This document shows positions 1 through 10,000 of a stretch of DNA of 32,507 nucleotides, in pieces. Each line of letters opens with the position of its first letter. Positions within the stretch are counted from its first letter, which is position 1. This stretch comes from Prasinococcaceae sp. CCMP 1430. Its lineage: Eukaryota; Plantae; Prasinodermophyta. The position numbers and the translations under genes were made by a program. The notes below the pieces were generated by a model. That model saw only the letters and a program-made list of their open reading frames with translations. It had not been told where the DNA came from and ran no database searches. The stretch is taken from NCBI GenBank assembly GCA_013416795.1, contig RQSC01001200.1:1-32507 (forward strand), given 5' to 3'.

Positions 1-675
1 GCCGCCGCGCCCGCGCGGGCGGGGCCGCCGCGGCCGGCGGGCCTCTCCCGCGCCCCTCCCCTCGACCCCGGTTCGCCCGCGACATCACCGGGTTCATTCC
101 CGCGCGTACCCGGGTCACGCCGGCGTTCCGCCGCGATGCAATCGGGATTCGTTGGCAGTCGGACCCCGGTTCGCCGTTCATTGGCTTTGGCGCGAGCGAG
201 GGATGCGCCGCGGCCGCCCCCCGCCCTTTCCCCCCCCCCCTCCCCCTCGAAGTCCCATCGGATCCGGGGTGATCGTCCGCCGTACCGACGCGCGGCGCGC
301 GCGGCGCGGAGGCGCTCCCACCCCGTTTCGGATGGGCGTTCGTCGTCGCGCGCCGGCCGCGCGGCGCCAGCAAACGCGCGGCCGCGATCGATCGGGCGCC
401 CGAACACCCGCCGACGGATCGCGGCCGAAAACAAAAACGCGGGCGCGCGGCGCGTTCGCGGCGAAAGCGCGAAAGCGCGAAAGCGCAAAGGCGAGGGCCT
501 TCGCGGGATCCGCGCCGGGCGACTTTCGCCGCCGCGCTTTTTTGACGGGGGTGTGTGCGTGCGTGTGTGGAGGGGGAGACGCTCTGTCTGTATACGCGTG
601 TGCGTGCGTGCGCGCCACAGCGAGCGCGCGCGCCGGGCGCCGCCCTGCTCCTGAGAACCTCCCGACGCCGCGGCG

Positions 676-2275
676 ATGGCGCCGGACGCGAAGCCCATGA
701 CGCAGTCGACCACGCTGGGCGGCAACCTGGGCGGCTCAATCGCCAAGGAAAACGTCGCCGCCGCCGTCGACGACTACGTCAAGTTCCACGACACCGACGG
801 CGGCGACGTCGAGAAGCGCAAGAGCATGTACGCCGACATGGTGCGTGCGGATGAGGCGCCGGCGCGCGCGCGGCACGCGGGCGAGGCAGGGGATGCTGGG
901 GCGGGGCGCGCTCGTGCACCGCGGTATGCGGGATCGATCGCGCGCGGGGCCAGGGGGAGTCCCGTCGATGGGCGCGGGGAAAGAGACGCGCACCGCGACG
1001 CAGCGGCGGCGGCCGCCCTCTCGTGGCAAGCCGCGCCCCGTCGTACGGCTGCGCCGCGGTCCAACTTGGGGCCCGCAGGCGATCGGCACGCGCACGCACT
1101 TGGCCGGTGCGCCCTCTGTGGTGTGTGTGATGGGCGCGGGCGAGCGCACCCGCCGCAGCGTTGGCGCTGACGCAACCCGCCCGCGCCGCACACGTCGCAC
1201 TACTGCCTGCGCTCGGCCGCGCCGCAGGTCAACAAGTACTACGACCTGTCGACGTCTTTCTACGAGTACGGCTGGGGTGAGAGCTTCCACTTCGCGCACA
1301 GGCGCGAGAACGAGACGCTGCGCGAGTCCATCCGCAGGCATGAGCATTACCTCGCGCTCAAGCTTGGGCTCGACAAGGGCATGAAGGTGCTGGACGTCGG
1401 CTGCGGTGTGGGCGGCCCAGCGCGCGAGATCGCCACGTTCTCGGGCTGCCACGTGACGGGCCTCAACAACAACGCTTATCAGGCAAGCATGGCGCTGCTT
1501 AGGCGCCGCTCGGGCGCCGCTTGGGCGCCGCTTGGGCGCCGCTTGGGCGCCGCTTGGGCGCCGCTTTTGCGCTCGCTCACACCCTGCGCTGACACCCACG
1601 TCGCCACCGTCCCTACTGCTTACATAAACACAGGTGACGCGCGCGAACGCCATCACTGCGCAGCGCGGCCTCTCCGACCAGCTCGAGTTCGTCAAGGGCG
1701 ACTTCATGAACCTGCCCTTCGAAGAAGGCTCCTTCGACGCGGCGTATCAGATCGAGGCGACGGTGCACGCGCCGGACCCGGTGGGCTGCTACCGCAACAT
1801 CTTCAAGGCGCTCAAGCCCGGTGGTGCGTTCGCTGGCTACGAGTGGTGCGTGTCCGACGACTTCGACGTCAACAACCCCGACCACGTCAAGGCGAAGGCG
1901 GAGATTGAGCTCGGCAACGGCCTGCCAGACATGCTCACGTGCAAGGCGTGCAAGGCGGCGCTCGAGGAGGCAGGTTTTGTGGTCGAGTACGCGGAGGACC
2001 TCGCGCCGCTCGCCGAGGTCGCCTGGTGGGAGCCGCTGTCGCCCTCCAGCTTGAAGATGCTCATCCAGAACCCCTCCAGCTTCAAGTCTACCAAGCTGGG
2101 CGGCACCATCACCCGCTACCTCGTGATGGGCCTGGAGGCGGTGGGACTGGCACCCAAGGGGAGCGTGAAGGTGTCGCAGTTCCTGGAGAAGGGGGCGGAC
2201 GGGCTGATCTTGGGGGGGAAGCAGGGCACATTCACGCCCATGTTCTGCTACGTGGCGCGAAAGCCCGCGGCGTAG
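676..2275 (+). CDS. SMT1: Sterol 24-C-methyltransferase (SMT1/ERG6 family), join(676..840,1228..1482,1634..2275), about 353 aa
   Basis: The spliced product has [15 protein letters not shown] motif [23 protein letters not shown]|[16 protein letters not shown] and [11 protein letters not shown]. Intron 1 is GTGCGT..CGCAG with CTGAC; intron 2 is GCAAGC..ACAG. All junctions are phase 0. Confidence 0.93.
1491..1566 (+). repeat. 11-bp tandem repeat (GGCGCCGCTTG) x about 7 inside SMT intron 2
   Basis: Direct reading: ggcgctgctta, ggcgccgctcg, four ggcgccgcttg, ggcgccgctt. Confidence 0.95.
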
Positions 2276-2340
2276 CAGAATCGAAAGAGAGCGTCGGGCT
2301 CCGCTGTCGGTGCCCCGTACGTCTACTAAAGTTATGTTCA

Positions 2341-2345
2341 TTACA
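2341..2345 (-). terminator. TGTAA-type polyadenylation signal for ccsA
   Basis: TTACA on + (TGTAA on -) about 105 nt downstream of the ccsA stop, in an AT-richer patch. TGTAA is the known chlorophyte poly(A) signal. Confidence 0.55.
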
Positions 2346-2448
2346 CGCACACGTCCTTCAAAAAGATGCTCCGCGGGCGCCACCGCGCCACCCGCGCCAA
2401 GCCGCACACACACGCGCAGGCCCTGGTAGCACACAGGGAGCCTGCCTC

Positions 2449-3567
2449 TCACTTGAGGAAACCATAGGAGTGCAGCCCGAGGCCGAAGAGGTTGACGCCG
2501 ATGTAGGTCACCCAGGTCACGAAGAACCCACTGGCGGCGACGGCGTTGACGTCGCGCTTGCTCCATCCCGCCGTGAGCCGCGTGTGCATGTAACCAGCGT
2601 ACGTGAGCCACGTGATGAGCGCCCACGTCTCCTTGGGGTCCCACGACCAGTACGAGCCCCAGGCTTCGTTGGCCCACACGGCGCCGCTGATGATGCCCAC
2701 GGTGAGCAGCACAAAGCCCAGCCCCAGCGAGCGGTACGCGATGTCGTCGACCGTCTCGGCGAGCGTGAGCGAGGCCGCGCTTCCGCCGCCCTCGATCGCC
2801 GCTATCTCGGCGGCGGCGGCCGGCGACGCGGCGGAGAGCTCCGCCACGACCGCACGCAGCTCCGCGTCGCCCTCGCCGGCGTCAGCAGCGGCCTCCTCGA
2901 CGTCCATGGCGCCGTTCCCCGCCGCTCCCACCGTCGCCAGCGCGGGGATCTTCGCCTTGACCGCCTCGCGCACCTTGCCCACGGCCGATTCGTCCGGCTG
3001 GTCGAGCACGAGGAAAGCGCCGCCCATCAGCGAGCCCACCATGAGCGTGCCGTACGAGAACATCATCACCGTCACGTGCATGATGAGCCAGTTGGACTTG
3101 AGCGCCGGCACCAGCGCGCCCGCGCGTTGCAGCTCGGGTGGCAGGAGCAGTGTCGCGCCGGCGAGCGCCAGCAGCGCGGCGGGCGCCGCGACCGCGCCAG
3201 GGACCACCGACTTGGAGACCTTCGAGGTGAGGTAGAGCTGCACCGAGGTGATGGACCATGAGAGGAAGATGAGGGACTCGTACAGGTTGCTCAGCGGGAA
3301 GTGGCCCGAGTCGACCCAGCGCACGACCAGCAGGCCCGCGAGGAACGCGTTGGCCGCGCCCGCGACGCCGAGGTCGACGGCGCTCGCCGACGGCGCGCGG
3401 CGCTCGCCGTCGGCAGTGTCCCCGCCAAAGGCCGCCTTGCCCCACGCGAGGCCCGTGGACGCGAGGAGCGCGCCGAAACCGCACTTGCCGAGAGCTGCCT
3501 CGGCGGCCACCAGCGCGGGCGCCGCCGCGCTCGCCACCGACGCGATGCTGTCCACGTCGGCGGCCGC
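2449..3567 (-). CDS. ccsA: Cytochrome c biogenesis protein CcsA (system II heme attachment), nucleus-encoded; 5' end cut by N at 3568
   Basis: GHFPLSNLYESLIFLSW, LVPALKSNWLIMHV, WWD domain AVWANEAWGSYWSWDPKETWALITW and C-terminal GVNLFGLGLHSYG. Codon usage is GC3-rich like its neighbours, and there is an Ala-rich N-terminal extension. Confidence 0.93.
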   Translation of the reverse strand, partial: AAADVDSIASVASAAAPALVAAEAALGKCGFGALLASTGLAWGKAAFGGDTADGERRAPSASAVDLGVAGAANAFLAGLLVVRWVDSGHFPLSNLYESLIFLSWSITSVQLYLTSKVSKSVVPGAVAAPAALLALAGATLLLPPELQRAGALVPALKSNWLIMHVTVMMFSYGTLMVGSLMGGAFLVLDQPDESAVGKVREAVKAKIPALATVGAAGNGAMDVEEAAADAGEGDAELRAVVAELSAASPAAAAEIAAIEGGGSAASLTLAETVDDIAYRSLGLGFVLLTVGIISGAVWANEAWGSYWSWDPKETWALITWLTYAGYMHTRLTAGWSKRDVNAVAASGFFVTWVTYIGVNLFGLGLHSYGFLK

Positions 3568-4152
3568 NGGAGAGGCAGGATCACGGCGAGGGCGAAGCCG
3601 CAATCATAGTCGAGGAAGCACTTGTCGCCGTACTCATCGTCTCCCTCTCCGCCCCCCCCTCGCGTGCCGCCCCCGCCTGCCCCTCGCCGGCGCGCGCACT
3701 CGGCCCCCGGCGCTCGCGCGCGCGCGCTGCCGCGGATTCGCAGGGTCCCTTCCACCGAATGAACCGTTCAAAGTGACGTCTCTTTCGCGCGTACCGGTTC
3801 GGGTCGCGTGATCTTCCCCCAAACGCGCCCGCGGCGGCGGCCCCCGCGTGTGCGTTTCGATGGGGGCGACGACCCTGTAGATAAGGCGAGAAAAACCCTT
3901 CCTGCAGACAAGACAGGAGCTCGCTCGCTAGGGTTCGCACACGGCCGGCACGCACGGGCACCGGCCGCGCGCGCGATCGCACTCGAATTCCTCCTCTTCC
4001 GGCTCGTCAATTCTCACACGCGCGCCCGACCCCGGGCGGGCGCGGGCCGCGCCCCTGTTCGCGCGCGAGTTCGCGCGGGCGAACCAGGGTGTCCCGGGCG
4101 GCCCCCGCGGGAACGCCGGGGTCGGCCGGCGCCTCCCCGGGGGTTCTCGCGT

Positions 4153-4240
4153 GTACGTACCATCATGATGGTACTCGATGGACCGCACTGTACAGTACCA
4201 TCACGGTGCACTGGTACTGTACGCACGTCCAGTAAAGTAC
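4153..4240. repeat. GTAC-rich palindromic element, copy 1
   Basis: Perfect 18-bp palindrome GTACCATCATGATGGTAC (4157-4174), an 11-bp inverted repeat (4190-4200/4212-4222) and 8 GTAC cores in 88 bp. Confidence 0.85.
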
Positions 4241-4466
4241 GAAGATCTTTCGTCCTGGTCTCTGTGTGCGGGCTGTCGCGCCGGCGCGCGCGTGTGGCGT
4301 GCGTCGCGCCACGCGGCCTCGCCGCCGCGACACCCACCCACCGGGCGTGGAGGGGGTAAGGGACGGGGAGGAGACCGGACCGCATCGCCGGCAGCGGTCG
4401 TCGATCCAGACTGGGCCTTGCGGAGGGCTGGCGGGCGGGCGGGAAGGCGGGCGGGAGTTGCTGCGG

Positions 4467-5105
4467 ATGTGCGCGGCGAGGGCGCTGCCGGCGGAAGCCG
4501 TCGCGTCGGCGCGGCGCACGCGAAAGCTGGAGGCGACGGCAGTGGGAAGGGGCAGGGATGAAGCGGCCGCGTCGGACGCCACCGCCGAGGCGGCGCGAGC
4601 GCGCGCGAAGCGCGCACGGGTCGAGATCGGCGCGTGCGGGGGCGGCTCTGTGGGCGTCGATGGCGGCGGCGGCGGGGGTGCCGCGACGCACCCGTTCGCT
4701 GCACCAGGCGAGTGCGGCCCTCTGGCGTTCACACCGAACGCCGCACCCGCGCTGCTGTCGCCTTGTGTCCGCGTTGCCGACAGCAGCGCAGGCGAGGGCG
4801 CGCGGTCCCGCGCGCTCGCGGCCGGAGCCGACGTGGCGCTTAGTGTAGCCGTAGCCGCGCTGCGGGCATCCGCGCGGGCGCACGAGTGCCACGACTCGGA
4901 AACGATGCACGACCCCACCGCGTTGATACGCATCGCCGCGGCGGAGCTCGTGCGAGATAGCTCCGACTCTTTCGACGCGTCCGCCGTCGAGGATGCCCTG
5001 CTGGTCGTGCTCGCCGAGTGTGGATTCGTGGAGGTGGTCGATGGCGGCGGAGGCGACGACGACGGCTGCCGCAGTGCTCCTGGGCGACGGTGCGCTGGCG
5101 GATAG
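4467..5105 (+). CDS. Hypothetical protein, about 212 aa (ORF open from 4266)
   Basis: ATG at 4467; folded-looking C-terminus DPTALIRIAAAELVRDSSDSFDASAVEDALLVVLAECGFVEVV; TGTAA at 5149-5153 after the stop. No family recognised. Confidence 0.45.
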   Translation: MCAARALPAEAVASARRTRKLEATAVGRGRDEAAASDATAEAARARAKRARVEIGACGGGSVGVDGGGGGGAATHPFAAPGECGPLAFTPNAAPALLSPCVRVADSSAGEGARSRALAAGADVALSVAVAALRASARAHECHDSETMHDPTALIRIAAAELVRDSSDSFDASAVEDALLVVLAECGFVEVVDGGGGDDDGCRSAPGRRCAGG

Positions 5106-5148
5106 CCCGAACGCGCGCTCTGCCCGCGCCACCCGCGTGAGGGCGCCT

Positions 5149-5153
5149 TGTAA
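5149..5153 (+). terminator. TGTAA polyadenylation signal
   Basis: TGTAA 44 nt after the TAG at 5105, in an AT-richer convergent gap. Confidence 0.5.
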
Positions 5154-5276
5154 TGTGACACACCACTGTAGGTTATTATGGCAAGGGCCCCGCAAGCGCG
5201 CGCTTGCGACCTCGCGAGCCACTAGGTTGCGTCACTAGAGTACAGTTCGAGCGCGCGGTCGCGCGCCACGAGCATC

Positions 5277-6345
5277 TCAGCCCTCATCATCTTCAATGTC
5301 GAGCTCCTCGGCCTCAAGGGCGGCGAGCTCGTCGTCGTCGAGCTCTTCCAGCGCGCTGAGATCGATGGCCTCGCCATCGCCCTCCAGGTCAACCTTTGCA
5401 GGGCACGTGGAGGACGGCGCACCGGCGTCAGATCAAGGATGACCAGCGCGCGCGCGCGCGCGGCGCCCGAGTGCCGCGCGTGGGCGGAGGGGCGCAAATG
5501 TGGGCTCACCTCGATGTCCTCGTCATTGCCGCCACCGCTGTCGGCGCCCTTCTTCGCAGCAGCACCCGCCGCGCCGCGCGATTCGAAGATCTGGCGGCCC
5601 GTGGGGCGGCCTGAGCGCGCCCCTGCCGCCGCTGCTGCCGCCTCAGCGGCGGTTGCCTTTTTCGCCTTCTCGAGCAGACGCTCCGCTTGGAAGCGCTCGT
5701 ACCACGCTGCGAATGTCTCCGGGGTCACCGGGGTGCCCTCGCGCCGCCTGCGCTCGGCCTCCTCCTTTGCCGCACGCTCTGCCGCCGTCAGGCCGTCCTC
5801 ATCTCGCTCCTCCTCCTTCGCCGCTTGCCGACCCCCGTCACCCTCACCGCTCCACCGCTCCACCATCCACTCCTTCGCGGCGGCGTGCAGCGTGAATATC
5901 ATCGCCATACCCTGCCGGCGGGAGCGCACGCGCGCGTAGCATTCGCACGTCAGCGGCGCAGGCGCCGGGCGGGCGGCGCGCAGCGCGAGCGCATGGGCGC
6001 CGGGGCAGCGCCACGCACGAGGTTGTCCTCAATCTCTTGCTCGAGGCGCCCGCGGAGCGCGTCGACGTCTTCGGTGGCGGCGCCGCGCAACGCGCGCAGC
6101 TTCATCACAGGCGCAGCGTCCGGGTAGTCGCCGTCGTGCGCGAGCGAGAGAAGCACGCGCACGGGCACCACGGTGGGCTCCGGATCGTCCTCGGACTCTT
6201 TGGGGCTGAGCTCGAAGGCGAAGCACTTGCCGCTGGTCGCCTGCCCCACGCCCTCGTCGCCCTCCGGGCTCACCACGCGCAGGTCTTCCGCGAAGATGCT
6301 CTCGAGCGCCTCGAGCTCCATCTCCTGCTCCTCGCCATAGTCCAT
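5277..6345 (-). CDS. RWD-domain protein (RWDD1/GIR2-like), complement(join(5277..5393,5510..5911,6019..6345)), about 281 aa
   Basis: MDYGEEQEMELEALESIF, YPDAAP, DNL|GMAMIFTLHAAAKEW, GTPVTPETFAAWYERF, PTGRQIFE and an acidic tail. Both GT-AG introns are phase 0. Confidence 0.88.
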
Positions 6346-6803
6346 CTCCGCGCGCGCGCGCGCGCGCGCGTGCGCGCGTGCGATCGTCAAGTGCGCCCGC
6401 ACGCGCTCGTGCGCCGCGTCCGCCGCCGCTCGAGTGGCGGCGGCGCTGGCTGGCGGCGGCGGCCGGCTGCCCTACGCCGCAGGGCGCCCCATCGGAACGC
6501 ACCTCGGCGCATCGAGCGCTCGCGACTTTCGCGCGAGCGCCTTCGGAATGACCTGAACCTCCCGCCAACTTACTTCCTCTCTTGACTAGATCGCGATACC
6601 AACTCGTTCGGTTATGCGCGCGATAGATGCGAGCCCGGGCGCGCGCGCTTCGAGCGCATTCCCCGGAGGCGCGACGCCCAGACGGTGCGCAGGCGCCGTC
6701 TGGCGCCGTCCGGGCGCCGCCTGCACCCCCCTTCCGCCCTCACCCCCCCCCGGCGAGCCAGCCGTCCGGCTACCGCCGCAGGAGCGGGGGGCCTGTGGCC
6801 GCC

Positions 6804-7367
6804 ATGGCGTTCAGCCGCGACCTTCCGCCCGCGAACGGCGACCAGGTGCTGTGCAAGGCCAACATGCGGCGGCGGGTCGCGCAGAAGCAGGCCGCGTGGA
6901 TGCAGCAGCGGGCGAGGGAGATGGAGGCGGAGGCGGAGCGCGCCGCGGGGGCCGCGGGCGCGCGCGCCGAGAGGGGTGAAGAGGCCACGACAGCCGCGTT
7001 GGCTGGCGGGGAACAGCGGCGGGACCACCACCAACGCCGGCAGCAGCCGCAGGAGCAGGAGGGGCAGCAGCAGAACGAGCGGCAGCCGCGGGGCCAACAT
7101 GGCGAGAGGTCCACAGGAGCGGGTGCCGACTCGCTCGAGGCAATGCGGCAGCGTGCGGCCGCTGCGGCGCAGATGCGGACAGACGATGACGCGGCAGCGC
7201 GAGCGGAGGAGGAGGAACCGTCCACGGGGGAGCACGCGGCATCGGCCGCGGGGGGGCTTGGAATGTGCGCTGGCGATCCCGACTTGAAACTGTTGCTCGA
7301 TGACGGCGTCGAGGAGCTGCTCGGTGTTCTGCAGCACCTGGACGCGGACGCTCTGGATGCTCTCTAG
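6804..7367 (+). CDS. Hypothetical protein, 187 aa, Q/E/A-rich
   Basis: ATG in GCCGCCATGG context; N-terminal helix LCKANMRRRVAQKQAAWMQQRAREMEAE; C-terminal DLKLLLDDGVEELLGVLQHL. No family recognised. Confidence 0.5.
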   Translation: MAFSRDLPPANGDQVLCKANMRRRVAQKQAAWMQQRAREMEAEAERAAGAAGARAERGEEATTAALAGGEQRRDHHQRRQQPQEQEGQQQNERQPRGQHGERSTGAGADSLEAMRQRAAAAAQMRTDDDAAARAEEEEPSTGEHAASAAGGLGMCAGDPDLKLLLDDGVEELLGVLQHLDADALDAL

Positions 7368-7453
7368 CCAGGCTGGGGTGCTCATGCTCGCCTTGTGTAT
7401 AGGTACTGTGTATATTACGTGTGCGTCCGCGCGCGCATGCGAACTCGGGCACC

Positions 7454-9707
7454 TCACTTGGCGCTGACGGTCTCGAGCGGCTCGCCGACGTCCTCCTTGA
7501 TCGGCACGACGTCAACGTCGAGCAGGCGGCTGGTGCAGCGCCCGAAGAGCTTGGCGTACACCCAGTCGCCGGCGACGAGCACGGCGTTGCGCAGGGAGAT
7601 CTGCGAGATGGTCTCGAAGCCGCGCCACAGGTAGCCGACAGCGAAGCCCTTGAGCTGGCCAACGCCCGCAATGTCCATCACAGCGTTGTCGGCACCGATG
7701 TACGCGAGGCTGCCCTTGTCATTGTAATCGAAACGTGCGAGATTGGGGTCGGTGGCCATGCTCTGCGGGTCTGCCGCGCTCGAATTGAACACGCTCGCGA
7801 GATGCTGGCCCTCCTGCTTTGCCACCTGCGCGGTCGCCGGGAAGGCGCGCAGGTTGTTGTCGGCGCGCTCGAGCATCTGTGTGAACGCCTGGAAGCCCAC
7901 CTTTTCCTGGTCGCCGCGGATGCCATCCCACTCCTTGTCGATGGCATTGGCTATCTCGCCCAGGTGCGGGAAGTCCTTGGCACCCGCGGTGAGCACCTCG
8001 AGCAGCTGCTCCTTGTCGAGAAAGGCGCTGCACTGCTCGTCGGATTTCCCGCCGCAGAAGAGCCGCTTGGCCGCCTCGAGCGCCAGCGGCCGCTCCACGG
8101 TCGCGCAGTCGCCCAGCGCGAAGATGCGCCCCCCCGCGGCGGTGCCCTTGACGCGCAGCGACTTGTCGGTGGCGAGGCTGCGAATGTTGGCCGGGCAGGA
8201 CTCCGGGTCGTCGTCGCAGAGCGTCTGCTTCAGCTCCTCGCACAGCGGGTGCATCTTGATGCCGGTGGACCACACGCACGCGCCGAAAGGGATGGCGCTC
8301 TCCTCGCCCGTGACCTTGTCTGCGATGATGAGGCGGTTGGGCTCGACGGCCTTCACGAGCGAGTTGAGCTTGACTTCGAAGTTCTTGCCCGCGCTGCGCC
8401 GCTTGAACTGATCCGTGGCGTACTCAGAAATCTTGCGGTCGTACATCGACAGGATGTGGTCCTGCAGCTCGACGATGACCACCTTGACCAGCTCCATGAG
8501 ATCCTTGGGGTACTCCTTTGCGACGTCCTCGCGCAGGAGGTCGTAGAGCTCGCCGGCGAGCTCGACGCCGGTCGGGCCGCCGCCAACGATGGTGAAGGTG
8601 AGCAGCTCGCGAGCGGTCTCCACGGAGGTGCCCGGCAGCGACGCGCGCTCCAGCGCGAGCAGCACGCGCTGGCGCAGCTCGACGGCGTGGGTGACCTCCT
8701 TGAAGAAGATGGCGTTCTCTTCGACGCCCGGCGTGCCGAAAGTGTTGGGCACCGAGCCGACGGCGTTCACGAGGTAGTCGTACTCCAGCTCGAACTCGCA
8801 GCCGGCGCCGCCAGCGCTGCTTCCCGCGGAGCACGAGACCGTGCGCTTCTTGGGGTCGATGTGCAGCGCCTTGGCCTGGACGTACGCGAAGCCCTTGGAG
8901 GCGAACTGCTTGCGCACAGGCTCGACGATGGAGCGATCCTCCACCGCTCCCGTGGCGGACGCCGGCAGCAGCGGGGTGTAGAGGAAGTAGTTGCGCGGCG
9001 AGACCACGACCACCTCGTACGCGCCGGGCTTGAGGTCCTTCAGGAAGGTCATCGCGCCCCAGCCGCTGCCGAGCACGACGACGCGCGGCTTGCCGCTGTT
9101 GCCGAGCGGCCGCAGCGCGTCCAGCGTGACCGCATCGCACACCGCGGCGTCGGCCACATCGGGGGGCGCCTGCGCGCGCGTCACCGCGCGCCGCGGCCAC
9201 CGCCGCCGCCATCGCCGCCGGCGCTGCGCGCTCGCGTGCGAAGCGCCCCGCCCTGCCGCTCGCCGTCCGCGCTCACGGATGCGCGCGCCGCCGAGGTCGC
9301 TCGCTCTGGCACCCGAGCTCCCGCCAGGCAATCCGCCTCCGCCCCCCTCCCTTCCTAGCCCCCCCCCCCACACACACACTGCCTGCCGGCCCGCAGCGCG
9401 CAGCCCGCACGTCGGGAGGGTGGGTTGGTGAGGGAGGCGAGGGGGCGGGGAATCCGCGATTGTGCGCACTCATCACTGCGCCGCTGCCGGGGCGCTCCCT
9501 AACCCAAACCTCCGCGCTGCACACCAACCGTCGGGAGACGCAAACACAGATCACATCGCATCCGCAATCGTTCATACTCAAACCCCAATTCAAACCCTAA
9601 ATACGCGGCGTGGGCGGGCCGGCGGCACACACCTGCCTCGGCTGGAGCACACGCCACGCCACACGCAGCTGCGTGCGTGCGAGGCGTATCTCGCAAATTG
9701 GGGCCAT
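7454..9707 (-). CDS. Type II NAD(P)H:quinone oxidoreductase (NDH-2, long NDB/NDA2-type), complement(join(7454..9169,9633..9707)), about 596 aa
   Basis: KPRVVVLGSGWG, VSPRNYFLYTPLLP, IVGGGPTGVELAGEL and PATAQVAKQEG. A 75-nt first exon (ATG 9707, donor CAG|GTGTGT) joins the acceptor GTGACGCGCGCGCAG in phase 0. Exon 1 is inferred. Confidence 0.9.
9497..9601. repeat. Telomere-like motifs (telo-box AAACCCTAAA at 9592-9601, CCCTAACCCAAACC at 9497-9510) in NDH-2 intron 1
   Basis: Direct reading; matches the plant-type TTTAGGG repeat on the minus strand. Confidence 0.6.
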
Positions 9708-10000
9708 TTCGCGCTGCGCGGCGCGTCTTGGGCCTTTCTGAGTGATGGCCGCGCGACCGGATCGGCGCGCGCCCCGTCGCCGCGTTTTCGGCCCGGCCCC
9801 GGCCCCCGGCCCCGGCCACAGGGGAGCTCTCCGCTGCAGTCACAGGCGGCGGCGGCGGCGCCGGCGGCGGCGAATTGCGCCTGCGGGCGAGAGCCGATCG
9901 TGCGGCCGACGTGCGCGCAAAGCGCAGCGCAAAGCAGAAGGTAACCCTACTAAAGTAATCCTTAATTCCTCGCACTACGGAACCGCAACGCCCGCGAGCG

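Noticed and set aside
1-675. Arg/Ala-rich ORFs upstream of SMT1 and the (GCGAAAGC)x3.7 repeat at 461-490
   Set aside because: The translations are low-complexity with no coding signature. The region looks like promoter/5' UTR, and the repeat is a simple microsatellite-type array.
1491-1566. Short direct repeats as a CRISPR array
   Set aside because: Contiguous 11-bp units without spacers, inside a spliceosomal intron, with no cas genes.
7421-9358. 645-aa + strand ORF, and similar long shadows (10545-13742, 15247-17226, 17828-22048, 24719-26314)
   Set aside because: These are antisense or shifted frames of real genes; high GC3 makes stops rare. No family motifs apart from the ankyrin part reported separately.
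9470-9476. C-box GTGATGA on the minus strand in NDH-2 intron 1 (possible intronic C/D snoRNA)
   Set aside because: No CTGA D-box downstream within the intron and no terminal stem.
9541-9790. AAACCCTAAA as a telomerase RNA template with TTTT at 9785
   Set aside because: No recognisable USE/TATA Pol III promoter upstream, and the region overlaps NDH-2 exon 1 antisense. A telo-box is the simpler explanation.
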